64,000 nucleotides of DNA from Actinomycetes bacterium (GTDB taxonomy: Bacteria > Actinomycetota > Thermoleophilia > RBG-16-64-13): positions 76,408-140,407 of the forward strand of contig JAGXFW010000022.1 in NCBI GenBank assembly GCA_024637035.1. The letters run 5' to 3'. The notes below the pieces were generated by a model that ran no database searches, was not told the DNA's origin, and saw only the letters and a program-made list of their open reading frames with translations. Numbering within the stretch: the stretch's first letter is position 1; each line of letters starts with the position of its first letter. Both the position numbers and the translations under genes were made by a program. This document shows positions 9,777-19,079 of this stretch, piece after piece.

Positions 9777-11669
9777 TCAGCAGCAGGTCTTCCCCGAAAC
9801 GGCCGAGTCTTCGTCGTCTTCCTCACGATCCTCCGGCGGTCGAGTGCTATCCGGGTTGCCCATCGACTCCCACACGCCCTCCCACGGGCCGTCGGGGCGC
9901 CGTCGGAGTCCGGTGACTCGGCTCCGCGGACCTCTGAGCTGAAGGATCCCACTCTGCATGGAGGAACCGCCGGGCGGTACGGCGCCGGCTCCTGCCGGCG
10001 CGTCGGCAACACGCCCCGGCGCTTCGGAAAGGGAGTGGTCACTCGGAGAGCGCCGCAGGTCGTCGGCGGCCCAGGTGCGCCTGAAGACATCGAGGCGGCG
10101 TGTGGCGGGCTCGAAGCGGAACTTCACCTGACTCGCTCCATCGAGGTTCCGCTCGACGCCGAACACCGCGTCTCCTGCTTCCTTGGCACGTTGCTGGTGG
10201 GACACCACCAGGAGCTGGCGGGTCTCGGCCACAGAGTCGAGCACGGCCTGGAGACGTCGGATGTTGGTGTCGTCGAGCGCCGGCTCCACTTCGTCGAGCA
10301 CGAAAAGGGGCGCGGAGCGTTCTTGGAAGATGGCCAATGCCAGCGAGAGGGCGGCCAGGGAACGCTCGCCGCCGGAGAGGGAGTCGACGCGGTCCAGCAC
10401 CTTGCCCGGCGGGCGCACCATCACTTCGACGCCGCCGCCGCTGTCGTCGGCCCATGCCCCGGCGCCATCTTCGGCACTCTCGAGGCCGGAGGCTTCGGCG
10501 CTTACGTCGTGCCGCTCGAACGGGAGGGAAGCCTCACCCCCCGGAGCCAGCAACTCGTAGTAGTAGCGGAAACGGCCTTCGATGCGCGCGTGGACCTCGG
10601 CGAACGTAGATGCCATCTGCCCCTTCAGAGCGGTCGCCTCAGTCGCGAGTGACTCGAGTGCTTCCTCTGCGGCGCGCGCTTCCTCGTCGAGCGTGCTGAC
10701 GCGCGCTCTCGCCACTTCCAGCTCCTCGGGGGCTCCGGTGTTGGTGGAGCGCACCGCGTGCAGTGAGCTGACGAGTTGATCGAGTTCGGTGCGCACCTCT
10801 GCCCAGTCGTGGTGGGCGGACGCAGCCGCGGGTTCGGGAAGGCCGAGTGCTTCGAGCAGCGATGCCGCGTCCGGCGCGAGCGGGTCGGTGGCGCGCTCGG
10901 TTTGGAGTGCCAACAACACGGCGGTGGCGCGAAGGTGCCCGATGCGCTCTTCGAGCGAGCGGGCGTGCTCAAGGGTGAGAACTGCCTGGCTCAGCTGAGC
11001 GACGCGCTCAGCGGCCTCCTCGCGCTCGCCCAGCAGGTGTTCGAGTCGCAACCGCAGGGCGGCAGTCTCTTGGACGACTCTCTTCCGTCTCGCTCCCAGG
11101 TCGGGCACGCCGGCGGCCTCTTCGATCAGCCTGCGGCGGGTGCTCGGGTCGATCAGAAGGAAGCGTTCGAGCTCACCTTGTCGGATCACGGCGACCGGGG
11201 GAGAGGCTGTGCCGGCGGCGGCGAGAGCGGCGCGGACCTGAGCCTTGGTGGCCTCGACGCCGTTCAGAAAGAAACCACCCTCGCCGTCCGCGCGCATGGT
11301 ACGGGTGATGGTGAGCATGCCCTCGGGCAGTTCGCGCGAGTGCTTGGCCGCGTGACCGTGCTTGCACGCTTCCATGGATAGTCCGTCGGGCGCGTGCGCC
11401 CGCGCGGGTCTGGGGTCGAGGACCGCGCTCACCACTCCGGCGCTCATAGGGAGCAACTCGTCGGTGCCCGCAAAGACGACGTCGGTCGTGCCGCGGAGGC
11501 GGAGAGAAGAGAGATCGTCCTCCCCGAGTACCCAGGCGACCGCGTCGGTGAGGTTGCTCTTGCCGCTGCCGTTGGGGCCCACGATCACGCATACGCCCGG
11601 AACCATCTCAAGTGCTGAATACTCCGGGAAGCTCTTGAACCCCTCGACGTACAGGTGTTTCAGATACAT
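9777..11669 (-). CDS. SMC-family ATPase, shortened and lacking a hinge domain
   Basis: GFKSF, Walker A GPNGSGKSN, Q-loop IRQGE, LIEEAAG, signature LSGGE, Walker B FVLDEVEPALD, SH motif; about 630 aa. Confidence 0.85.
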   Translation of the reverse strand: MYLKHLYVEGFKSFPEYSALEMVPGVCVIVGPNGSGKSNLTDAVAWVLGEDDLSSLRLRGTTDVVFAGTDELLPMSAGVVSAVLDPRPARAHAPDGLSMEACKHGHAAKHSRELPEGMLTITRTMRADGEGGFFLNGVEATKAQVRAALAAAGTASPPVAVIRQGELERFLLIDPSTRRRLIEEAAGVPDLGARRKRVVQETAALRLRLEHLLGEREEAAERVAQLSQAVLTLEHARSLEERIGHLRATAVLLALQTERATDPLAPDAASLLEALGLPEPAAASAHHDWAEVRTELDQLVSSLHAVRSTNTGAPEELEVARARVSTLDEEARAAEEALESLATEATALKGQMASTFAEVHARIEGRFRYYYELLAPGGEASLPFERHDVSAEASGLESAEDGAGAWADDSGGGVEVMVRPPGKVLDRVDSLSGGERSLAALSLALAIFQERSAPLFVLDEVEPALDDTNIRRLQAVLDSVAETRQLLVVSHQQRAKEAGDAVFGVERNLDGASQVKFRFEPATRRLDVFRRTWAADDLRRSPSDHSLSEAPGRVADAPAGAGAVPPGGSSMQSGILQLRGPRSRVTGLRRRPDGPWEGVWESMGNPDSTRPPEDREEDDEDSAVSGKTCC

Positions 11670-11765
11670 GCCTTCTCCCAACTCCGGCGTCGCGCCCAAG
11701 GTCGCGATGTTCCGCGCCGGTCGATCCCTTCCCTAGTGCCTTGAGCGGGGTAGGAGTGGATTCTA

Positions 11766-12680
11766 CTATCTCATGAGCGCCCGGGTGGCGGGGCTCTGGT
11801 TCGAGAGGGCAGAGGTGCGTATGTGCACCATCAGGGAGCGAGTGGCGACGGACGCGTAGCGGTCCCGATTCCGGATGAGGTTGAGATCTCGCGTGAGCGG
11901 CTCAGAGAACGGCACGAGCACGAGGGTTTCGTCGTCGGAGGGGCGGAAGGCCATCTTCGGCAGCACCGAGATACCGAGTTCATGCCGTACGAAACTCTTC
12001 ACCGAGTCGAGGCTGCCGGTCTCGTACGCTACCTTCGGCTCGAAGCCCGCACGGCGACATGCTTCCGTCACATGGGGTCCGAGTGTGAACGCCCCTCCCA
12101 GCATGACGAAGGGCTCGTCGGCCAGTTCGGCAAGAGACACCGACTCTCGCGCGGCGAGAACGTGGTGGGCGGGAACGACCAAGAGCAGACTCTCGGTGAG
12201 CAACGGGGTGACGTCGAGGTGTTCGGGTGAGATGGGATCGGCGACAATGGCCAGATCGGCCGAACCGTCGTGCACGGCCCGCTCCAGCGCGGCTGCGCCG
12301 CTTTCGAGGAGCGAGACCGCTACTCCCGGGAAGTTCCGGCTGAAGGACGCGAGGACCGAAGGCACGATATAGGCGGCGGCGCTCGGGATGCACCCGAGGC
12401 GCACGGTGCCGGTCATCACTCCCAGCCGGTCCTCCATGACGCTGGATGCTTCCTCGACCTTGAGCAGCACCGTCTGAGCCAGGGGAAGGAAGGTATGGCC
12501 ATCGACGGTGAGTGAGACCTTGCGGCTGGTGCGGTCAAAGAGGCGGGCGCCAAGTTCGTTCTCGAGCCGCTTGATCTGGTAGCTGAGCGCCGGCTGCGAG
12601 ACGTGTAGCCGCGCGGCTGCTTCCGTGAAGTTCTTGGTGTCGGCGACCGCCGTGAAGTATCTGAGTTGCGTGAGTTCCAT
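11766..12680 (-). CDS. LysR-family transcriptional regulator
   Basis: NFTEAAARLHVSQPALSYQIKRLENELG HTH plus substrate-binding domain. Confidence 0.95.
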   Translation of the reverse strand: MELTQLRYFTAVADTKNFTEAAARLHVSQPALSYQIKRLENELGARLFDRTSRKVSLTVDGHTFLPLAQTVLLKVEEASSVMEDRLGVMTGTVRLGCIPSAAAYIVPSVLASFSRNFPGVAVSLLESGAAALERAVHDGSADLAIVADPISPEHLDVTPLLTESLLLVVPAHHVLAARESVSLAELADEPFVMLGGAFTLGPHVTEACRRAGFEPKVAYETGSLDSVKSFVRHELGISVLPKMAFRPSDDETLVLVPFSEPLTRDLNLIRNRDRYASVATRSLMVHIRTSALSNQSPATRALMR

Positions 12681-12783
12681 GCTCGGCTCCCAGGCGAACG
12701 TGTATCCAGATCATCCGTGAAAAGAGTGCCCCGCGGATGATCCATCAATCGAAATGGATTATAGCAAGCATAGGAACAATATA

Positions 12784-12813
12784 TTGGACGAATCGTGGGG
12801 CCGCGAGTACACT
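12784..12813 (+). promoter_or_regulatory. putative sigma70-type promoter for the sRNA, divergent from lysR
   Basis: TTGGAC-18 nt-TACACT; ATCCAT-N8-ATGGAT dyad just upstream (12740-12759). Confidence 0.55.
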
Positions 12814-12819
12814 ACGTAA

Positions 12820-12938
12820 CAGCTGAGCACTGAATCACCGCGGCCCCCGGGATCCCCCCTCCCGCCCGCGCCAGGGCTCGGCAGTTTTCCCCGCAGTGTA
12901 GCCGGTCCTACCCCCTGGGACCGGCTATACTTCTTTTT
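12820..12938 (+). ncRNA. 6C-like small RNA (two hairpins with C-rich loops)
   Basis: Hairpin CGGGA-TCCCCCC-TCCCG in a longer stem; hairpin AGTGTAGCCGGTCC-TACCCCCTG-GGACCGGCTATACT followed by a T-tract; promoter upstream. Confidence 0.65.
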
Positions 12939-12989
12939 GTGGTTCCTCGTTGCGGTTCCTCTCTGCGGTTCCCCTATGCGGTTCCTCTT
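12938..12989. repeat. 13-bp degenerate tandem repeat x4
   Basis: TG(T/C)GGTTCCnnnn units at 12938, 12951, 12964, 12977. Confidence 0.85.
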
Positions 12990-13018
12990 CTCTCGCTCGC
13001 ACTCTCGCACCAGGTTCT

Positions 13019-13047
13019 TTGACAGTCCGCCTGCGGGTAGGTAGCAT
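13019..13047 (+). promoter_or_regulatory. putative sigma70 promoter
   Basis: TTGACA-17 nt-TAGCAT upstream of the 13157 operon. Confidence 0.55.
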
Positions 13048-13156
13048 CGCGGCAGCCTTCAACGAACGAGTGAGCATCCACGAGCGGAGCACGGGTGCGA
13101 GTCGCGGTTGCGAGTCGCAGGCGTTTCCGTCCTAGCTTCCCGAGGGGGATCGGTCC

Positions 13157-13879
13157 ATGGCCATGTATGTGGAGTTGTTCGAGAGAGACCGCTACTACGG
13201 AGGGATGCTCCGCGAGAGCCGCGAGGACGAGTTCGTGTCCAACGTGTTCGGCCCGCTTCGTAACTTCGAGACCACCACGTGGCTCGTAGAGCTTCTCGGC
13301 AAGGCGTTCCGCGGCGACGGCCACGAAGCGGCCATCGAGGGCGGCTACACGCTCGACTTCTGGAGACGGTTCGCGCCGCCGGTGGGTCGGGAGATCCCCG
13401 AGAACGAGACCGAGGTCTCGTGCGTGATCCAGGCCGGTTCTGTCACCTTCCTCGTGATAGCCCGCTACTGGCACGAACTCAGCCGTCAGACCGCTCACGA
13501 CGTGGAGCGCGACCAGGTGATCCGCACGTTCGACGCGGGCTACGCGGCGCTCGGTGATTCCTGCAGGGTGCTGGTGCTCACCAGCGACACGGAACCGCCC
13601 GACATCGTGTCGCGCTACTGGAACGATCCGGAGCTCCTCGTCGCCAAGATGACAGATCCCCCGGAAGGTATTGCTCCGGAGGTCTTGGCTCGGAGTATCG
13701 GCTGGACCAATTGGAGCGCGCTTCGTGAAGCGCTGGCGAGCCGGATCGGCGATACCCCTATCAACCTCACTCAGTGGAACTTCGCAAAAGACTTGGTGGC
13801 ATACCTCGACCTTGTCTCCACGCGTGGACGGGGCTTGCTGGTGCGCGCCGGACAGGGTCACGCCGAAAGTGACGCCTGA
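13157..13879 (+). CDS. hypothetical protein, PD-(D/E)XK nuclease-like fold with degenerate active site
   Basis: REDEFVSNVFG helix, ETEVSCVI, FLVIARY, RDQVIR pattern; GAGGGG RBS. Confidence 0.5.
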   Translation: MAMYVELFERDRYYGGMLRESREDEFVSNVFGPLRNFETTTWLVELLGKAFRGDGHEAAIEGGYTLDFWRRFAPPVGREIPENETEVSCVIQAGSVTFLVIARYWHELSRQTAHDVERDQVIRTFDAGYAALGDSCRVLVLTSDTEPPDIVSRYWNDPELLVAKMTDPPEGIAPEVLARSIGWTNWSALREALASRIGDTPINLTQWNFAKDLVAYLDLVSTRGRGLLVRAGQGHAESDA

Positions 13880-15710
13880 CTCAGTCGGCAGCGGGAAGTC
13901 GCCGGGACATCGAGGTCGGCCCGACCCCGACGAGCCGTACACCGTCTACCGCGGAGGTCGCGGCGTTCCGCCGGACCGGCGCAGGGTGGTTCGGCTCGCA
14001 ACCATCGGTGCAGCTATCCTGCTGACCGTGGCGGCCCTGGCGGCCGCCGTCACCTTCTTCGCGTTCCGCGGGGCGCGCGGAGATGACTCCAAGGCCGCCG
14101 GCACCTCTCTCAGCACCACCACGAGTCTGGCCGCGGCGGTTCCGGGCGAGGGAGGCAGCGGACCACCCTCCACGGCGCAGCCCGAACCCGTGGAAGAGCC
14201 GCCACCGGGCGATCCGGCCCAGTTCTCTCCGATCAACACCTCGTTCGCCGGGCTGACCATGTTCCGGGGGAACTCGCACCGCTCGTACTACGGGGAAGGA
14301 CCGGTGCCACAAGCGCCGCGCGTTCTGTGGCGCTTTCCCGAAGGCGGCGCGATGAGCTCGAGTTCTTCGGAGGGCGGCGAGTCCCGCATCTGGGCGGGCA
14401 CCGGGTGGACGGGTCAGCCTGTGGTGTGGGAGCAGGACGGTTCCACTCGAGTGATGTTCGGGGCCTACGATCGCGCTGTTCACTTCCTTGATGCCGCGGA
14501 CGGCTCACGGTTCCTCCCCGATCTTCCCACCGGTGACCTCATCAAGGGGTCGGTGGTGCTCGATCCCGACGGATATCCGCTGCTGTACTTCGGCTCTCGC
14601 GACAACTACTACCGCGTGGTCGCTCTCGACCGCGCCGAGCCCGAGGTGCTGTGGAAGCTGGACGCCGCGTCGGTGCCGCACCCGGTGTGGAACAACGACT
14701 GGGACTCGAGCGCGGTGATCGTGGGCGACTACTTGTTCGAGGGCGGTGAGAACAGCTACTTCTTCATCGTTCGCCTGAACCGTGGGTACGATGCATCAGG
14801 GAAGGTGACTGCGGCGCCCGAGGTGGTGCTGGCCTATCCCGCCTACGACCAGGAGCTCTTCTCGGCCATCGGGGACCGCACGGTGAGCATCGAGAACTCG
14901 CCGGCCGTGCACCTCGACCCCGAGCGCGGCGACAGGGTGTATTTCGCCAACGGCGGCGGCAGGGTGCTCGGCCTAGACATCAGTGCCTTGGGGCTCTCAG
15001 ACGCGGGCTATGGTCCGGCCGGGCAGGCTCCCGGCACCTGGGAGCGTGGAGTAGTCGTTCCCGGTGCCCCGGGCGTCGAAAGGGCGGGCGACCCAGCCGG
15101 TTCGGGCGCTACCGCAGCGTCCCCATCCTCCCTGCCCCAGCCTGCCCCCGGCGCGGAGTTCCCCGTAGCCTTCAAGTTCTGGGGCGGGGACGATATCGAC
15201 GCCTCGATCGTGATCGACGAGGAGGGCATGCTCTATGTCGCCGCGGAGCTCGAGCGGATGCTCCCGCGTGCGAAAGAGGTGGGCCAACTCTTCAAACTCG
15301 ACCCGTATCGTGAGGGCGATCCTCTGGTATGGTCTGTGGCCGATCCGGCGCGGGGCGACAAGGGCGGCATCTGGGCCACGCCGGCCCTGCATGGGGAGAT
15401 GCTGTACGTGTCCACGCACACTGGGCGTCTGCTGGGCGTGGCTCGCAGAGATGGCGAGATCGTCTGGGAGAAGCCGTTCACGTACCACGCCTGGGGTTCG
15501 GCGGCGGTGGTGGACGACACGTTGATCGTGGGCGACACCGACGGGTGGATCCACGCCTACGACATCGCGGATCCTACGCTCGATCCGCCTGAGATCTGGA
15601 AGGTGAGCGTGCCCGGAGGCGGGGCTGTGGAGTCCACACCGGCTGTCTGGCGCGGGCGCATCTACGTGGGTTCGCGCAATGGGTACTTCTACTGCTTTGG
15701 AGACGGATGA
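13869..15710 (+). CDS. membrane-anchored PQQ-binding-like beta-propeller protein
   Basis: N-terminal TM helix, S/T/P linker, MFRGN, repeated W...STPAV / YVGS propeller blades; GTG start overlaps upstream gene. Confidence 0.8.
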   Translation: MTPDSVGSGKSPGHRGRPDPDEPYTVYRGGRGVPPDRRRVVRLATIGAAILLTVAALAAAVTFFAFRGARGDDSKAAGTSLSTTTSLAAAVPGEGGSGPPSTAQPEPVEEPPPGDPAQFSPINTSFAGLTMFRGNSHRSYYGEGPVPQAPRVLWRFPEGGAMSSSSSEGGESRIWAGTGWTGQPVVWEQDGSTRVMFGAYDRAVHFLDAADGSRFLPDLPTGDLIKGSVVLDPDGYPLLYFGSRDNYYRVVALDRAEPEVLWKLDAASVPHPVWNNDWDSSAVIVGDYLFEGGENSYFFIVRLNRGYDASGKVTAAPEVVLAYPAYDQELFSAIGDRTVSIENSPAVHLDPERGDRVYFANGGGRVLGLDISALGLSDAGYGPAGQAPGTWERGVVVPGAPGVERAGDPAGSGATAASPSSLPQPAPGAEFPVAFKFWGGDDIDASIVIDEEGMLYVAAELERMLPRAKEVGQLFKLDPYREGDPLVWSVADPARGDKGGIWATPALHGEMLYVSTHTGRLLGVARRDGEIVWEKPFTYHAWGSAAVVDDTLIVGDTDGWIHAYDIADPTLDPPEIWKVSVPGGGAVESTPAVWRGRIYVGSRNGYFYCFGDG

Positions 15711-16543
15711 TGGAACCGGTAGTCATTACCGCGGCGATAGTGGGAGCCGAAGTCACGCTCGAGCAGTTGCCGCATCTGCCCGTGACGACGGAACAGATCG
15801 CGCGCGCAGCCGCGGAAGCGGCCGCCGCCGGAGCCACCGTGATCCATTTGCACGTTCGCGACGTAGCCGGGGCGCCCACGCAAGACGCGGGCCGGTTCCG
15901 AGAGGCCATCCTCGCCATACGTGAGAGCTGCGAGGTGATCGTACAGGTGTCCACGGGCGGCGCCATGGGCATGACTCCCGAGGAACGCCTGCAGCCGGTC
16001 ACCCACCTTGACGGCGCTGCCCGCCCAGACATGGCTTCGCTCACCACCGGAAGCTGCAATTTTGGCGATGAGGTCTTCCTGAACCCTGGGCATGATGTCG
16101 AGATGTTCGCCCGGGCGATGCGCGACCGCGGCATCCGGCCGGAGGTGGAGGTGTTCGAAGCGGGCATGATCGCGGCCGCCCAGCGCTTGGCGTCGGCCGA
16201 CATCCTGGAGGAGCCTCTGCACTTCAACCTGGTGATGGGCGTGCCCGGAGCGATCCCGGCGACGATCCCGCATGCGGTCCACCTCGTGGAGTCGCTGCCG
16301 ACGGGCGCCACGTGGACGGTGTCGGGCATCGGGCGGGGGCAGACGGCCATGGCGGCATTCGGGCTGTTGGCCGGCGGCCACGTGCGCACGGGCCTCGAGG
16401 ACAATATCTACTACCGACGGGGGCAGCTGGCCGAGAGCAACGCCCAACTGGTGGAGCGGGTCGCGCGACTCGCCGCAGAGTTCGACCGGCCGGTCGCGAC
16501 GATCGCCGAGGCGCGACGCATCTTCAGAGTCGGAGTCGCTTGA
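15707..16543 (+). CDS. beta-keto acid cleavage enzyme (3-keto-5-aminohexanoate cleavage family, DUF849)
   Basis: IHLHVRD, QVSTGG, MASLTTGSCNFG, GHVRTGLEDN. Confidence 0.9.
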   Translation: MMEPVVITAAIVGAEVTLEQLPHLPVTTEQIARAAAEAAAAGATVIHLHVRDVAGAPTQDAGRFREAILAIRESCEVIVQVSTGGAMGMTPEERLQPVTHLDGAARPDMASLTTGSCNFGDEVFLNPGHDVEMFARAMRDRGIRPEVEVFEAGMIAAAQRLASADILEEPLHFNLVMGVPGAIPATIPHAVHLVESLPTGATWTVSGIGRGQTAMAAFGLLAGGHVRTGLEDNIYYRRGQLAESNAQLVERVARLAAEFDRPVATIAEARRIFRVGVA

Positions 16544-16598
16544 GCCGACTTCGCGTCGCCTCCGGCGGGCCCGTGCCGAGGTCGGACAGGTATCGCCC

Positions 16599-16979
16599 CT
16601 AAGTGGACGGCCCGGCGCTGCGATATTCTCCTGAGACGCTGGCAAAGCGCCACGTGCCGATGCCATCCCTTATGTAGACCACGGTCGAACGGCCTCTGTA
16701 GAGTCTGCCGTCGCCTATGTCTTTGAGTTCCATGACGACTACGAACTCGGCGCGGTCGTCGGTCAGGCTCTGGTCGTCGATATAGAAATCAAGGAACTCG
16801 TCCGGGTGTTCGAAGACCCATTCGCCCAGATGTGGGTCGACTATCGACTCCCCGATCAGGTCTTGCATTATTCGGGCAGCGTCGGGGAGGGTGTCATCCG
16901 AGCCACATGATGCCACTACCGCCATTACGCTGAACGCGAGGACGAAGGCTATTCCACATGTCAGTGCTCGCCGGTTCAC
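16599..16979 (-). CDS. hypothetical lipoprotein
   Basis: Signal peptide with lipobox VASC; visibly lower GC than flanks. Confidence 0.65.
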   Translation of the reverse strand: MNRRALTCGIAFVLAFSVMAVVASCGSDDTLPDAARIMQDLIGESIVDPHLGEWVFEHPDEFLDFYIDDQSLTDDRAEFVVVMELKDIGDGRLYRGRSTVVYIRDGIGTWRFASVSGEYRSAGPST

Positions 16980-17067
16980 TCTGCCCCCCCGATCGGTTCA
17001 CGTTCCTGAATGCGCATCCATGTCAATGCTGCCGGGCGAGAATCCCCCGTCGCCGGCCCGGTGACCT

Positions 17068-17508
17068 CTACCGCCTGAGCACGAGCATCCCGCCCACCAC
17101 CAGCAGGAAGATCCCCAGCGCGCGGTACCACGATACTCCCATCTGAGCCACGCCGAACCACCCGAAACGATCGATCAGCACCCCGCCCGTGAGTTGTCCG
17201 GCGATGATGCCGGCGAGCAGGGCTGTGGCACCCACCCTTGGCAGGAGGACAATGGTGGACCAAACGAACAGCGCACCGACAAACCCGCCGGTGAGTTGCC
17301 ACCAGGGGGCACTGCGCACGGCCGTGAAGCCACCCCCGCCCGCGAGCAACGCCACTGCGAGAAGTGCCACGGTGCCCACGGCGAAACTGATGGTGGCGGC
17401 TTCGAACGACCCTGTCCGCCTGGCCAGAGCCGCATTTATGGGGGGCTGCATCGCGCCGGTCACTCCCACGGCGAACATGGCCGCACCCAGCAGGTATCGA
17501 GTCAACAT
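17068..17508 (-). CDS. DMT family transporter (YdcZ/DUF606)
   Basis: QPPINAAL, PWWQLTGG, IAGQL...IDRFG. Confidence 0.85.
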   Translation of the reverse strand: MLTRYLLGAAMFAVGVTGAMQPPINAALARRTGSFEAATISFAVGTVALLAVALLAGGGGFTAVRSAPWWQLTGGFVGALFVWSTIVLLPRVGATALLAGIIAGQLTGGVLIDRFGWFGVAQMGVSWYRALGIFLLVVGGMLVLRR

Positions 17509-17705
17509 GAGATGGTCCCTTTCCTTGGACGGGAGTCGATCAACCTATCGTGCGCGCTGCGAAGGTCCGGGTCAAGGCTGCCTTCCCGCACGATTCAACG
17601 GGGTCGGCTCGCTGCCATTCCTTCTGGTGTTCTCTATAATGCCCGGACCGGGCGCCTTCGGGTGGCGTCGGGATGGGGGGAACGACGTATCGGAGGTCCG
17701 CGATC

Positions 17706-18842
17706 ATGCGCAAGGACACTGCAGCCGTGCACGTGGGGGTAGCGCAAGACACTGCCTTCAACTCGGTGACAACGCCCATCTACCCGTCGTCTACCTTCGC
17801 GTTCGATCGCGTGGGCGAGACCCGGGGCTACGACTACACGCGAAGTGGGAATCCCACGCGCACGGCGCTCGAACAGAATCTGGCCGCGCTCGAGGGCGGC
17901 ACGTTCGCGCGCGCCACCTGCACCGGCATGGCCGCCGTCTCCACCGCGCTCTTCCTGCTGTCGGCGGGCGACCACGTGATAGCGGGCAACGACATCTATG
18001 GCGGCAGCTATCGCCTGTTCGAGTCGGTGATGCCCCGATTCGGGCTGACCTTCTCGTTCGTGGACATGCGCGACGAGACGGAGGTCCGCGCGGCCATCCG
18101 TTCCGAGACGCGCATGCTCTGGATCGAGACACCCTCCAACCCGCTGCTGAATGTCGTGGACATCGCGGCCATGGTCGCCATCGCGCGCGAGCACGGTCTG
18201 ATCACGGTCGCCGACAACACGTTCCTCAGCCCCTACTTCCAGCGGCCGCTCGACCTGGGGGTGGATCTCGTGCTTCACTCCACCACCAAGTACCTGAACG
18301 GCCACAGCGACGTGGTCGGCGGGGTGCTGATCACGAGCCGCGACGACATCGGGCAGGAGATCAGTCACCTGGTGAACTCGATGGGCCTGGCCAACTCGCC
18401 CTTCGATGCGTGGTTGGTGCTTCGCGGTGTCAAGACGCTCGGGCCGCGCATGCGGGCGCACGAGCGCAACGCCGCCGCGGTCGCCCGCTTCCTCAAGGGG
18501 CACCCCAAGTCGCTGCGCACGTACTATCCAGGCCTCGCGGACCATCCCGACCACGAGTTGGCCAAGCGACAGCAGACGGGGTTCGGAGGCATGGTGAGCT
18601 TCGACCTCGATGTCGACGCGATTAACCCCGACGAGTTCTTCTCGCGGCTCCGCGTTTTCATTCTTGCCGAGTCGCTGGGGGGAGTGGAGTCGCTCGTGGA
18701 GCAGCCGTGGACCATGAGTCACGCCGGTATGAGCGAGGAGGCCCGTAGGGCCGCCGGCATCTCGCCGGGCACCATGCGCCTCTCGGTGGGTATAGAGGAC
18801 CCGGAGGACCTCCTGCACGACCTGGCCGGCGCGCTGGGGTGA
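17706..18842 (+). CDS. metB: cystathionine gamma-synthase/gamma-lyase family PLP enzyme
   Basis: YTRSGNPTR, ETPSNP, DNTF, HSTTKYLNGHSDV, AESLGGVESL. Confidence 0.85.
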   Translation: MRKDTAAVHVGVAQDTAFNSVTTPIYPSSTFAFDRVGETRGYDYTRSGNPTRTALEQNLAALEGGTFARATCTGMAAVSTALFLLSAGDHVIAGNDIYGGSYRLFESVMPRFGLTFSFVDMRDETEVRAAIRSETRMLWIETPSNPLLNVVDIAAMVAIAREHGLITVADNTFLSPYFQRPLDLGVDLVLHSTTKYLNGHSDVVGGVLITSRDDIGQEISHLVNSMGLANSPFDAWLVLRGVKTLGPRMRAHERNAAAVARFLKGHPKSLRTYYPGLADHPDHELAKRQQTGFGGMVSFDLDVDAINPDEFFSRLRVFILAESLGGVESLVEQPWTMSHAGMSEEARRAAGISPGTMRLSVGIEDPEDLLHDLAGALG

Positions 18843-19079
18843 GGGCCCAGCCCCGCGCTGCCGATCGGCCCCGGTCTGCCGATGGCGTTCGCGGGTGGGC
18901 ACTGCCCAGGGTAGGCCGTCGGAGTGCGACACGCGGCCCGGGGTCGGCGCCGCATCCTCACACGAACTTCATGAGTATCAGGCACAATCGACAGGGCAGC
19001 ATGATCGGCGAGAACAACACGGTGCCGGAGTCCCGTGGGGCCTCCCGGCTCCCGGCGACCTAGGAAGGACTCGATACAC

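Noticed and set aside
9777-11669. Wadjet, SbcCD or Lamassu defence system
   Set aside because: No kleisin, KITE, nuclease or effector partners adjacent; the motifs resemble chromosomal Smc heads
17520-17705. SAM riboswitch upstream of the metB-like gene
   Set aside because: No recognisable SAM-I/IV core; only a TATAAT box near 17635
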